From the human T2T-CHM13v2.0 reference genome, Homo sapiens: DNA of 64,000 nt. Where the stretch lies: NCBI RefSeq assembly GCF_009914755.1, contig NC_060937.1; one strand, given 5' to 3'. The notes under the pieces are model-generated. The model had not been told where the DNA came from. It ran no database searches and saw only the letters and a list, made by a program, of their open reading frames with translations. Shown here in pieces: positions 13,623 to 28,536 of this stretch. Within the stretch, counting starts at the first letter, position 1. Each line of letters begins with the position of its first letter. The position numbers and the translations under genes were made by a program.

Positions 13623-13916
13623 GGCTAGGCCTGATGGCTCGTATCTTTAATCCCAGAACTTTGGGAGGCTGAGGCAGGAGAATCACTTGAGCACAGGAGT
13701 TTGATTGAGACCAGCCAAGGAAACATAAAAAGACCTCATCTCTGCTAAAAGTTAAAAAAAACTTAACCAGGCACGGTGGCACATGCATGTAGTCCTAGCT
13801 ACTTAGGAGGCTGAGGTGGGAAGATTGCCCAAGCCAGGGAGATAAAGGCTGCAGTGAGCTGTTATCTCACCACTGCACTCCTGCCTGGGCAACTGAGTGA
13901 GACCTTGTTTCCAAAA
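13623..13916 (+). mobile_element. AluJ
   Basis: Diverged dimeric Alu with J-type cacttgagcacaggagttt and aaggctgcagtgagctgtt. Confidence 0.9.
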
Positions 13917-15724
13917 GAATTTTTTTAAATTGTTAAAGATAGAATAACAAAATGGCAAACATAAATAATCATATCAATAATCATTAAATGTAAATTAATT
14001 AAACAGTCCAATTAAAAAGGAATTAAACACTGAATTAAAAAATGATCCAACTATATGCTATCTATAAGATACACTTTAGATCCAATGTATACACAAATAG
14101 GTAAAAGTAAAGAATGGGAAAAATAATTCAAAAAACATGGGAAAAATGTAAACAGGATCCAAAAGATATCTAATGTGGTCATATTAATGTCAGACAAAAT
14201 AGACTTTAAGGCAACAATTATCATTAGAGATGAGAGATAAAATAATAAAAGGCTGCTCTTTCAAGAATATATAACAATTATGAACATTAATGCACTTAAC
14301 AACTAAGCCCCAAAATACATGAAGCAAAAATTGTCATAATTGAAGGAGGAAATACAATCCAACAATAGGAGTTGAAGATTTCAGTATTCCACTTTCAATA
14401 ATAAAGCACCTAGAATGAAGGCAAACGAGGAGGTGGAAAACTTTAGCAATACTATAAATCAACTAGACTTAATAGACATATATAGAACATTCCACTAAAC
14501 AGAAACAGAATGCACATTATTCTCAAGTGCACATGGAATATTCTTCAGGACAGACGAAAATGTTAGATTATAAAGTCAGCCTCAATGAGGGATTAAAATT
14601 TTGCAAAGTATGTTAGTCAATGACTGGAATAAAATTAGGAATCAATAAGTGAAAGAAATTTGGGAAATTTACAAATATATAGAAATTTAACACATTTCTA
14701 AATAACCATTGGGTCAAAGAAGAAATCACAAGGGAAAAATTTGAAAATATTTTGAGATGAATGAAAATGAAAACACAACATACTAAAACTTATGTGATAC
14801 AGCTAAAGCAGTGCTTACAGGGATATACCTGTGAATGCAAATATTAAAATATAAAAAAGATTTCAAATCAATGACTTTTCACACTTAGAAATCAGAAAAA
14901 AAAAAGTGTAAACAAAATCCAAAGCAAGTAGAAGGAGGGAAACAAGATTAGAGAGAAAGTAAATGAAATAGAGAGTAGAAAAACATTATAGAAAATGAAA
15001 CCAAAAGTTGGTTCTTAGCAAAGATCAACAAAATTGACAAACTATTAGCTTGACAGACCAAGAGAAATTAAAGAGAAGACTCAAATGACTAAAATCAGGT
15101 ATGAAAGAGGGACATTACTACTGACCTTAGAGATATAAGAAGGGTTATAAAGGAATACTTTGATCAATTGTATACAAAGAAATTAGATAAGTGAAATGGA
15201 TAAATTACTAGGAAGAAAACTGTTTTGAGCATTAAATGAGATGTTTGTGAAGCTATTATTTTAGGTTCTGCCCCATAGTTTGTCTTTTATTTCATTTCTG
15301 TACATGTATGGAACATGGCAAAATACTTTGCATTCCAGAATGACTCTTTATTTGTCATTTATCATTTGATTTTTCCTTATTTCCTACCAGATGAGGTCAA
15401 AATTATTCCTGATTAACAGGCACTCCCCAGGATGATTTCAGCCAAGCCTGCTTATCCAACCTGATGTCCTCATTGCCTCAGAACACACACCCAGTACAGA
15501 GGTCCAGACAGCTTCCTCACTGCCCCATAAACATTCTGTGTTGATTTCTGGTCCTCTGTCTTCATTCATAATGTGTCCCTTACCCAAACCTCTCCCATCT
15601 GTTCCCAAAGTACATTTGCCTTGTTTCAACAATGAAACAACCTGGGAAGTTCTTGACGGCAGATATCACTTCCACATTTCCCCATAGAAGCTACCAGGAC
15701 CTTGGCTCCTAGCCTGACTGTCCA

Positions 15725-15860
15725 TCACCTGGAGAATTTTCAAAAATTATAAATTACTGATTTTTACCTCCCAGGAATACAGATCTGGTAGGGCTGTTAG
15801 GGATCAGGAATCTGTAATTTTATCAAACACCTTGGTAACCCAGGTGTATCTTCTGTAGGA
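15725..15860. mobile_element. MER5-like hAT-Charlie fragment
   Basis: atcacctggaga...caggaatctgtaatttta.caaac...ccaggtg.atctt motifs. Confidence 0.5.
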
Positions 15861-16073
15861 CTGAAGTTAATGTTGCGGCAACAAGGAGAAATGGAATAAA
15901 CACTAAGAAGGTAGTCAGCTCTTCAGACATGGGAACTGAGATTCATAGAAATGAAGTGATTCCATGGCAAAAGAGTGGGAGATTATAAATAGGTCCCTGG
16001 GTGAAATGATTTAAATATAAATTATACTATTTGGGAAGATATACATCTTGGAGCTCATTTACCCTAGTAGGCA

Positions 16074-16650
16074 TGTTATATGAATGAGCCCGAAATGGCC
16101 TCTGCATATCAATCCCTAAATTGTTTATTTCTTACATAGCTGACTGGGATCCATTAGCTCAAAAGCCTGCAAGCACCATATTCAAATGTTTGCACATCCA
16201 AATTGTTTTAAACATAGTTTAAATAAGCAGAGTTTTAGCCATTTTGAGCCTACCTGCTTTGCATACCCCCAAAACTCTATCCAACATCTATAATCATACA
16301 TAAGGTAAGCCCCAGGCCTAAAAGACCCTCAGGCCACTGCTGTGCTTCAGGGATCTCTGACCAGAGACTCCCTGCTCTGCTGGTGAGTAACACTGACATC
16401 ACATAGAAACATACACATATAAGCTTCCCCTCTCAGTCCCTTCTTTCCCAGGAGTTCCCTTGCCTACCTCCCCTTCTGAGTAGTAGCCACCCCTCTGCAG
16501 TAGCCTCTGGTCAGTTACATGCAGTGAGGGACTCCCCCTGCACGTAAACCTGCCAAAGCCTTATCCAGTACAGCCTTGTGTGTGTTGCTGCCATTTCATG
16601 GTCATATCTTTTTTCCTTGATCAATCCCTAAATTCTTCAGACCCCCTACA
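16074..16650 (+). mobile_element. Solo LTR, probably ERVL class (MER54/MER73/MER74 group)
   Basis: TG...CA ends, ~580 bp; aaataagcagagttttagccattttgagcctacctgctttgcatacccc motif; subfamily uncertain. Confidence 0.65.
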
Positions 16651-17510
16651 CAGGTACCATAGGGATAGATGAACAACATGTAGAGTCTGAAAGTCAGAAA
16701 TGATGAGAATGGGAAGCACCAGTGACTGGGATAAGAAGTAGATCAGCGGTGACCCTGGGGAAGCTCCTCTGTGTCCAGCAGGGCAGAGCTCAGGAATTAG
16801 TGTTCCTAGAATTGCCAGAGACCCTCACAGAAGCCTAAGTTACTTGTCTGTTTTGTAAAATATATGTTGATCTCATCCCTAGAAGGTGTGGCACACAGGA
16901 GGAGAGGGAAGAGAATATTCAGGACTTTCACAAACATTAGGTTCAGGAATTCACACTTGTGAACTTTTAGAAAGTATCTTCAGGGGATAGAAAACCAAAA
17001 TTAATTTCCTTTGTTGTGGACATCTTTTTTATTCCTAAAGAAGAGGCAGTTATAATGTTTAATATTTATCTTACATCATGGAGTGATATGCTCCCATGCA
17101 TTCTTACAACAGCTCTTCGTGTTATCCTCACAGTATTAGGGCTGTAAAGCTATCTTTGCTTTAGTTAAGCTGTTAAAACTGGTAATATCCACCTAATATA
17201 AAACTAATGTTCTCTAGCTCAGGCAAAGGGACAGTAAAAAAAAAAAGAAATGAACCAGAAAAAAAAGACACTTTCACCTCTAATTATGCAACTTGCCAAT
17301 GTACTTGACTAATCTCTTGCTCTTTTATACTGTTCCACCATGTCTTGTTTGTTTTACTTTATTTACTTAAAATATAATTTATTGCCCGTTGAATTAAACT
17401 AGGAAGCTCCACCTCACAGCTGAGGTGGACTTTAAGAAGTTACTCTTATGGCCTCAAAGTTTCTTCCATGATAAACCTTTGGAAGGTCTACTTGTTTTGT
17501 TTTTCTCCAT

Positions 17511-17891
17511 TGTTATGGATGAATATGTGTCCCTCTACCCCCAAATGTATACATTGAAGCATTAACCCCCAATAGGATAATATTTGGAGGTGGGGCATTT
17601 GGGAAATAATTAGGCTTAAATTAGGAGATCATGAGGGTAGAGCTCCCACAGTGAGATTAGTGTCCTTAGGAGAAGAAGTGATGATAGATTGCTCTTCCCT
17701 TCAGCCATATGAGGACATAGTGAAAAGATGGCTAGGCTGTCTGCCAGCATGAGGGCCCTCACTAGAATTCAAGTCTGCCAGCACCTTGATCTTGGACTTC
17801 CCAGCCTCCAGAACTGTGAGAAATAAATGTCTATTGTTTAAACAACTCAGTCTATGGTATTTCGTTATAGCAGCCTAAGCAGACCGAGATA
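17511..17891 (+). mobile_element. MLT1A-type MaLR solo LTR
   Basis: tgttatgga.tgaat...tttggaggtggggc...gcaccttgatcttggacttcccagcctccagaactgtgagaaataaatgtct...gttatagcagcc. Confidence 0.9.
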
Positions 17892-17919
17892 CCCATGTAC
17901 TCTAGTAAAAATAAAAATA

Positions 17920-18175
17920 ACATAGCTAATACCTAACACTGGGAATACTGTGTAATACCTAACACTTGGAATTCCATGGCACTTGGAATACTAACAGCTT
18001 TTCATATAGTAACTCAGTCCTTCATTAAGCACTGTTTTAACCCTCTGATTGAGATGGGAAACTGAGGCAAAGAAAACCTAAGACACCTGCCCACATTTAT
18101 AAAGCTGGCAAGTGGTGGAGCTGGGATGCACACCCAGGTCGCCTGGCTCTGGAACTGGTAGCCCACATGCTCAGC
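17920..18175 (-). mobile_element. MIR
   Basis: gatgggaaactgaggcaaaga...cctgccca...agctggcaagtggtggagctgggat...acccaggtc core. Confidence 0.8.
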
Positions 18176-20011
18176 CACCTCTGCTAAGCCCCATGCTATG
18201 GAGGTGGTTGGGAACCTTGCCCGCCTCCAGATTGGTTTGGCCTTGTGTGGCCTTGGCAGTGATGCCCAGGGAAGCTCAGGAGCCTGTGGTGGTAGGCACA
18301 GGTGAGTGCAGGGAGCAACATTGTGTTAGTTAGGTGTGGTGCACTGACTGAACTGTGTAGAGAGAAGACGTACTCAGCATTTTTCCTAATTATTGGATTG
18401 TAATTCTCAAGCTAGAGCATTGCATATATATAACTTAGTCTCTTTCAGTACTTTCCAGGCAGGATGATGGTATTATGGTCTTCTCTCAATAGAGGGCTGC
18501 TTCCAGGTCTGCTAGACAGTGAACCTCGGCCACCAGTTGACCTGACGTTCACTGTGACCTACATTACCATAGTAGTGAACTTGGGCAACTGTGTTTTTCC
18601 CTTTCTACCCAAGCAAGTGATTTACCCTGAGAAGATGCCATACTCTTGGCTTGCCCACATAGGCATGCTCCTTATAAGAGAGCCTTTTTGGGAACCCTGT
18701 GCAGAGAAGTGAGCGGCGTTACCTTACAGCTGCCACACAGCTGTATGAGGGAAGCCCAGGAGGTTTTGGCCACGGCATTGTCAGATATACTTGTCCGTCT
18801 TATTCTCCAGAGTCTCATAACGCTTCAGCTTGCCCAAGTTGTATTCATTTTTAGTCATGCTGCCCTTGGAGAGTCAGAAATCAAGTCTGAGTTTGAGGCT
18901 GTCTTTTTTGATGATTGCAAGGAATGGAAATGGGAAAATGTCAGAATTTCAGTCTCTTAGTGGCTTCAACATTCCATCACTGGCACTAGAATCTCTGAGA
19001 TACCATTTTTTTATATATATATAATTGGTTCACAGGGAAACTGATACAGGAGGAGAATTACAGCTATAAAAACAATGATGAGAAGCAGTTGTGCAGTCAG
19101 ACAGGCAATAATGAAAGCAGACCCCAGAGCTTGTCTCCCTGGGCTCCACATAACTGAGATTCTGACATCGTGGCAACTGGGTGTGTGCCTTGTGTGCCCT
19201 GTGTTCTTGGAGCTCTTTTGCCGTGTTTGTGAAGGAGAGCCACTGAAGTGCAAAGATGGGCTGGGGAACATGGGGGACTGGGCTTCTGTGTCCAAGAGAC
19301 CATCTGGGGCCGGATCAAGCCAGCACTGAATCCCCCTGGCCTCCTGCCAGATGCTGACTCCTGGAGATCTTGGGTGTGAAGCAAACTGTCAGCCCACCAT
19401 TCCCTGGCTCATGACAGCCTTTGTAATCAGCCCCACGAAGAAAAATAAATAACTCAGGGCATATTTCCCCTGAGTGTCTCTCCCACTATTTTGGATGGCT
19501 AACATTATATAGTAGTTGATAATAACTGTGAAATTACACAATCATCAATTTCTATGCCTTCTTCTTTACCACAGTAAAGTCTCCATTTACTGTGTAAAAT
19601 CAGACTTTGTACAGCACCTGTAAAAAGATATTTGTCAGAGATGTGGTGACTACAATGCAGTGAGTTATTTCCCAAGTGGTAAGTAAACCTTGGAAGAGAT
19701 GAACAGTATAGAAGTCCGTAAGGAGGATGTCATAAATCTCAAAATTCACTTTGTGCTGAAATATTTTATTACAGCATTGATGATACATGGGCAAAACTTA
19801 TTGAGTGGTAAATCATTCAAATTAAGTAATTTCAGTTTGTGTGTGTGCTGTTAAACTTCATCTAGGTCTTAGATATTTTGGTTAGATTTTCTGAGACTTT
19901 TTTATTAGAATTTAGTGAGGACATGTTTTGAAAAAGGTTTGGGTTACTAAGTATACAGAATACTAGGTATGTGACTCTGTTCAAAGCATGAAACTTCTTT
20001 GTTCACCAAAT

Positions 20012-20390
20012 GTTCTCAATCATATGTGGAAACTAAAGAAAAGTTGATGTAGAAGTAAAAAGTAGAACAGAAGATACCAGAGGCTGAGAAGAGTTGGTGA
20101 AAGAGAAGGATAGGGAGAGATTTATTAAAGGACCCAAACTTATAGCTAGAGAGGAGGAATAAGTTCTAGTGTTCTGTAGCACTGAACAATTAATATAGTT
20201 AACAATAACATATTATACAGTTTCAAATAGAAGGAAGATAGTAAATGTTCCCAACACAAAGAAATGATAAATGTTTGAGATGATATATATGCTAATTACC
20301 CTAATATGATTACTATATATGTATTGAAACACCACTGTGTACCCCATAAATGTCATTATTACGTATCAATTAAAAATATTTCTTAAAGTT
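20012..20390 (+). mobile_element. L1MA 3' end
   Basis: gttctcaatcatatgtggaaactaa...ggaggaataagttctagtgttctgtagcact...cccaacacaaagaaatgataaatgtttgagatg...accccataaat. Confidence 0.9.
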
Positions 20391-21073
20391 AAAAAAACTT
20401 ATGATTCGCCTAAAAAAAGAAATATGTTTGTTAAAAATGCTATCTAGGCTGCTTTTCTCATGATCCACTTGAAATTTCAATAATTTATCTTTGAACCCAA
20501 ACTGGTGTATTATGTCTTCCAAGGCCACGATCAGGTTGCCTGCGTTATACCTGGGAACAGCACTCTATGGTTTAAGTTTGTTAATTTAGGTCCAGAATGG
20601 ATGAAAAGCAGGGATGGTAAATTATAATATAAGAGAATAACAGTTGGATGCCTAGAGGGTTGGTGGGGGTTAAAGGGGAGGACTCCAAACAATGCATTTT
20701 GTATTTTCATCCATGATTAACTCTGGGGAGACTGAGTCAATATCATACATTTACATTTTAGGTCAATGAGCAGAATGTTGAAAGAGGTTCATTTCCAGCC
20801 TCTAACTGCAGAAATGCTGTTAATATATACCTTGATGTTCTTTCTGTGGTCACTACACAGTGCAGGAGCTGGTGGGAGAGTGACCTCCCACTTTCTGACT
20901 ATACTTCTTGTTTTCTTATACAGTGAGATTGGAGTGCTGAACCAGTTAGGGAGGACTCGAAAGGGGGAGAGTAGTAGTAAATATAGAACACACCATTCAG
21001 CTCAGTGAAGTGCCTGAGGGCCAGGCATTTCAATGAGTCTTAAGAGCTACAGTAGTCATGGATACTACTGTAG

Positions 21074-22970
<1,897 letters not shown>

Positions 22971-23260
22971 GTAATACAGGTTTAGTGTAGGAAACTTGGA
23001 TATTATAGAAAGGTTATCAAGAAGAAAATAAAAATGGCTAAAAAATTCTATTTCCTAAATGACAGATGATTAATTTTAACATTTTGGTATATTTTCCTCC
23101 ATTTTTTCTGTGCACATGAATGTATTAGCTATTTTCGTAGTTATGTGTTTTTGTAGACTAGTTTGAAATTTAACACATTTAATGTTAAAATAATTCAAGC
23201 TTATATATGTGCATTCCATCACAGATTAAAACTTAATTCTGAAAAAAAAAAAAAAAAAAA
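22971..23260 (+). other. L1 3' transduction (271 bp plus second polyA tail)
   Basis: Non-L1PA sequence between the L1 A-rich tail and a second A-tract (23242-23262); ATTAAA at 23225-23230; TSD follows the second tail. Confidence 0.92.
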
Positions 23261-23640
23261 AAGAGCTACAGTAGTCAGTACATCACAGTCCTTCCGGCTC
23301 ATGTTGAAAGATGCAGAGAGTGTCAAGCACCAAAAGAAAGGAAAGCCAGACGCCCTGTGGAGGCCAAGGGAAGGGCGCCCCACCCAGCCTGGGCCAGTCA
23401 GGGAGTCATAGTGGTGAAGCTGAGGCCAGGGTTGTTGTTAGAAGAGTGTTTCATGAGGGGAAACAATCTCAGCAGTAACACAGAAGCAAAAACCAGTGTG
23501 ATGTGTGCAAGAGACAAAAAGAAATTGGTATTTTTGGGAGCAGTAAATGATTTGGGGAAACTGGAAAATGAGGCTATATCCAGCCTCATGAATTTCTGGG
23601 CTTCATCACAGAAAGCCTGTGTGCCTGCTGTGGAGCCTGA

Positions 23641-24045
<405 letters not shown>

Positions 24046-24129
24046 AACTACTACAGGTCCAGAAAAATGTGCAGACCTACATTTTATTAGTTTCTTTAAT
24101 CTCAGATTTTTAAAAATATTAATATTTTT

Positions 24130-24758
24130 CCTCAATTTTTTTTTGACTGTGGGAAAATGCACATAACATCAAATTTACTATCTTAACCATTTTTAAGTGT
24201 TCAGTTCAGTAGCATTAAGTACATTCATAATGTTGTGCAGCCATCACCATCATCCATCTCCAGAACTATTTTCATCTTGCAGAACTGAAACCTTTTACAC
24301 ATGAAACACTAACCTTTCATTGCCTCCTCCTCCACTCCCTGGCAACCACCATGCTACTATGTCTTCATGATTTTGACTACTCATAGAGTGGAACATACAG
24401 TATTTGTTTGTTGTGTGTCTGGCTTATTTCATTTAGCGTGATGTCTCTAAGTTTTATCCATACTGCAGCATATGGCAAAATTTCTTTCCATTTTAAGATT
24501 GAATAATAATCCATCATGTGTATATACCACAATTTGCTTATCCTTTCATCTGTGGACACTTGAGTTGCTTTCACATCTTGGCTATTTCGAATAAGGCTGC
24601 TATTAACATGAGTCTACAAATATCTGTTTCAGTTCCTGCTTGTATTAATAGCTCTTTGGGGCATATACCCAGAAGTGGGATTACTGGACTATATGGTAGT
24701 TCTGTTTTTAATTTTTTGAGCAATCACCATAGTATTTTCTACAGTGGGTGTACAATTT
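24130..24758 (-). mobile_element. L1MB 3' end, part 1 (continues at 44515)
   Basis: cataacatcaaatttactatcttaaccatttttaagtgt.cagttcagtagcattaagtacattca...atacccagaagtgggatt...ccatagtattttctacagtgg. Confidence 0.9.
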
Positions 24759-26783
24759 TTTTTATTATACTTTAACTTCTGGGATACATGTGCAGAATGT
24801 GTAGGTTTGTTACATAGGTATACATGTACCATGGTGGTTTGCCGCACCCATCAACCCATCATCTGGATTTTAATCCCTCCATTCGTTAGGTATTTGTCCT
24901 AATGATATCCCTCCCCTTGCCCCCCATCCCCTGGACAGGCCCCAGTGTGTGATGTTCCCCTCCCTTTGTCCATGTGTTCTCATTATTCAACTCCCACTTA
25001 TGAGTGAGAACATGCGGTGGTTGGTTTTCTGTTCCTGTGTTAGTTTGCTGAGAATGATGGTTTCCAGCTTCATCCATGTCCCTGCAAAGGACATAAACAC
25101 ATCTTTTTATGGCTGCATAGTATTCCATGGTGTATATGTGCCACATTTTCTTTATCCAGTCTATCATTGGTGGGCATTTGGGTTGGTTCCAAGTCTTTGC
25201 TATTGTGAATAGTGCAGCAATAAACATACGTGTGCATGTATCTTTATAGTAGAATGATTCTTTGGGTATATACTCAGTAATGGGATCGCTGGGTCAAATG
25301 GTATTTCTCGTTCTGAATCCTTGAGGAATCACCACACTGTTCCACAATAGTTGAACTAATTCACACTCCCACCGACAGTGTAAAAGCGTTCCTACTTCTC
25401 CACATCCTCTCCAGCATCTGTTGTTTCCTGACTTGTTAATGATTGCCATTCCAACTGGCGTGAGATGGTATCTCATTGTGGTTTTGATTTGCATTTCTCT
25501 AATGACCAGTGATGATGAGCGTTTTTTCATATGTTTGTTGGCTGCATAAGTGTCTTCTTTTTAGAAGTTCCTGTTCATATCCTTTGCCCATTTTTGATGG
25601 GTTTGTTTCTTGTAAATTTGTTTAAGTTTCTTGTAGATTCTGGATATTAGCCCTTTGTCAGATAAATAGATTGCAAAAACATTCTCCCATGCAAAAATTT
25701 TCTTCCGTTCTATAGGTTGCCTGTTCACTTGAATGATAGTTCTTTCGCTGTGCAGAAGCTCTTTAGTTTAATTAGATCCCATCTGTCAATTTTGGCTTTT
25801 GTTGCCATTGCTTTTGGTGTTTTAGTCATGAAGTTTTTGCCCATGCCTATGTCCTGAATGGTATTGCCTAGGTTTTCTTCTAGGTTCTTTTATGGGTTAA
25901 GGTCTTAGGTTTAAGTCTATAATCCATCTTGAGTTAATTTTTGTATAAGGTGTAAGGAAGGGGTCTGGTTTCAGTTTTCTGCATATGGCTACCCAGTTTT
26001 CCCAACACTATTTATTAAATAGGGAATCCTTTCCCCATTGCTTGTTTTTGTCAGGTTTCTCAAAGACCAGATGGTTGTAGATGTGTGGCATTATTTCTGA
26101 GGCCTCTGTTCTGTTCCATTGGTCTATATGTCTGTTTTGATACCAGTACCATGCTGTTTTGGTTACTGTAGCCTTGTAGTATAGTTTGAAGTCAGTAGTG
26201 TGATGCCTCCAGCTTTGTTCTTTTTGCTTAGGATTGTCTTGGCTATCTGGGCTTTTTTTTAGTTCCATATGAAATTTAAAGTAGTTTTTTCTAATTCTGT
26301 GAAGAAAGTCAATGGTAGCTTGGTGGGGATAGCATTGAATCTATAAATTACTTTGGAAAGTATGGCCATTTTCATGAAATTGATTCTTCCTATCCATGAG
26401 CATGGAATGTTTTTCCATTTGTTTGTGTCCTCTCATTTCATTGAGCAGTGGTTTGTAGTTCTCCTTGAAGAAGTTCTTCACATCCCTTGTAAGTTGTCTT
26501 CCTAGGTATTTTTTTCTCTTTGTAGCAATTGTGAATGGGAGTTCACTCATGATTTGGCTCTCTGTTTGTCTATTATTGATGTATAGGAACGCTTGTGATT
26601 TTTGCACATTGATTATGTATCCTGAGACTTTGGTGAAGTTGCTTATCAGCTTAAGGATATTTGGGGCTGAGATGATGGGGTTTTCTAAATATACAATCAT
26701 ATCATCTGCAGAGACATTTTGACTTCCTCTCTTCCTGTTCAGATATCCTTTATTTCTTTCTCTTGCCTGATTGCCCTGGCTAG

Positions 26784-26912
26784 GGAAATACTTCCAAATT
26801 TCATATGGAAACAAAAAAGAGCCATATAGCCAAGACAATCCTAAGCAAAAAGAACAAAGCTGGAGACATCATGCTACCTGACTTGAAACTATACTACAAG
26901 GCTGCAGTAACC
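26784..26912 (+). mobile_element. Inverted internal L1 ORF2 fragment inserted inside the L1PA7/8
   Basis: Plus-strand aaatttcatatggaa...aagaacaaagctgga...actatactacaaggct.cagtaacc splits the host motif ctggc(c)ag/aacttccaatactatg. Confidence 0.88.
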
Positions 26913-27284
26913 TTCCAATACTATGTTGAATAGGAGTGGTGAGAGAGGGGATCTTTGTCTTGTGCTGGTTTTCAAAGGAAATGCTTCCAGCTTTTGCCCA
27001 TTCAGTGTGATATTGGTTGTGGGTTTATCATAAATAGCTCATAGTATTTTGAGATATGTTCCATAAATACTTAGTTTATTGAGAGTTTTTAGCATGAAGG
27101 GCTGTTGAATTTTATCAAAGGCCTTTTCTGCATTTATTGAGATAATCATGTGGTTTTTGTCATCGGCTCTGTTTATGTGATGGATTAGGTTTATTGATTT
27201 GCATATGTTGAACCAGCCTTGCATCCCAGGGATAAAGCCGAGTTGATCATGGTGGATAAGCTTTTTGATGTTCTGTGGGGTTCA

Positions 27285-27542
<258 letters not shown>

Positions 27543-27672
27543 CTATTAATTACTGCCTCAATTTCAGAACTTGTTTTTGGTCTATTCGGGGATTTGACTT
27601 CTTCCTGGTTTAGTCTTGGGAGGGGTGTTTGTGCCCAGGAATTTATCCATTTCTTCTAGACTTTTGAGTTTA

Positions 27673-27762
<90 letters not shown>

Positions 27763-27765
27763 TTA

Positions 27766-27861
<96 letters not shown>

Positions 27862-28211
27862 TTAAGGTTTTTTCGTGTCTCTGTCTCCTTCAGTTCTGCT
27901 CTGATCTTAGTTATTTCTTGTCTTCTGCTAGCTTTTGAATTTGTTTACTCTTGCTTCTCGAGGTCTTTTAATTGTGATGTTAGGGTGTCGATTTTAGATC
28001 TTTCCTGCTTTCCTCTGTGGGCATTTAGTGCTATAAATTTCGCTCTAAACACTGCTTTAGCTGTGTCCCAGAGATTCTGGTATGTTGTGGCTTTGTTCTT
28101 ATTAGTTTTTAAGAACTTATTTATTTCTGCCTTAATTTCGTTATTTACCCAGTAGTCATTCAGGAGCAGGTTGTTCAGTTTTTATATAGTTGTGTGGTTT
28201 TGAGTGAGTTT

Positions 28212-28536
<325 letters not shown>

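Larger units (their letters stand above)
12090..15220 (+). mobile_element. Old L1M (L1MC/L1MD-type) 5' region, decayed ORF1 and ORF2 endonuclease; interrupted by an AluJ
   Basis: gaacagagcctcagag...gggacaccatcaagcataccaacata (ORF1); gtcagacaaaatagactttaag, ttctcaagtgcacatggaatattc, aaagatcaacaaaattgacaaac (ORF2); no long ORFs. Confidence 0.9.

Noticed and set aside
18723-18864. Possible minus-strand exon (ccaag| acceptor, |gtaacg donor)
   Set aside because: All three frames contain stops, the polypyrimidine tract is weak, and no partner exons are supportable
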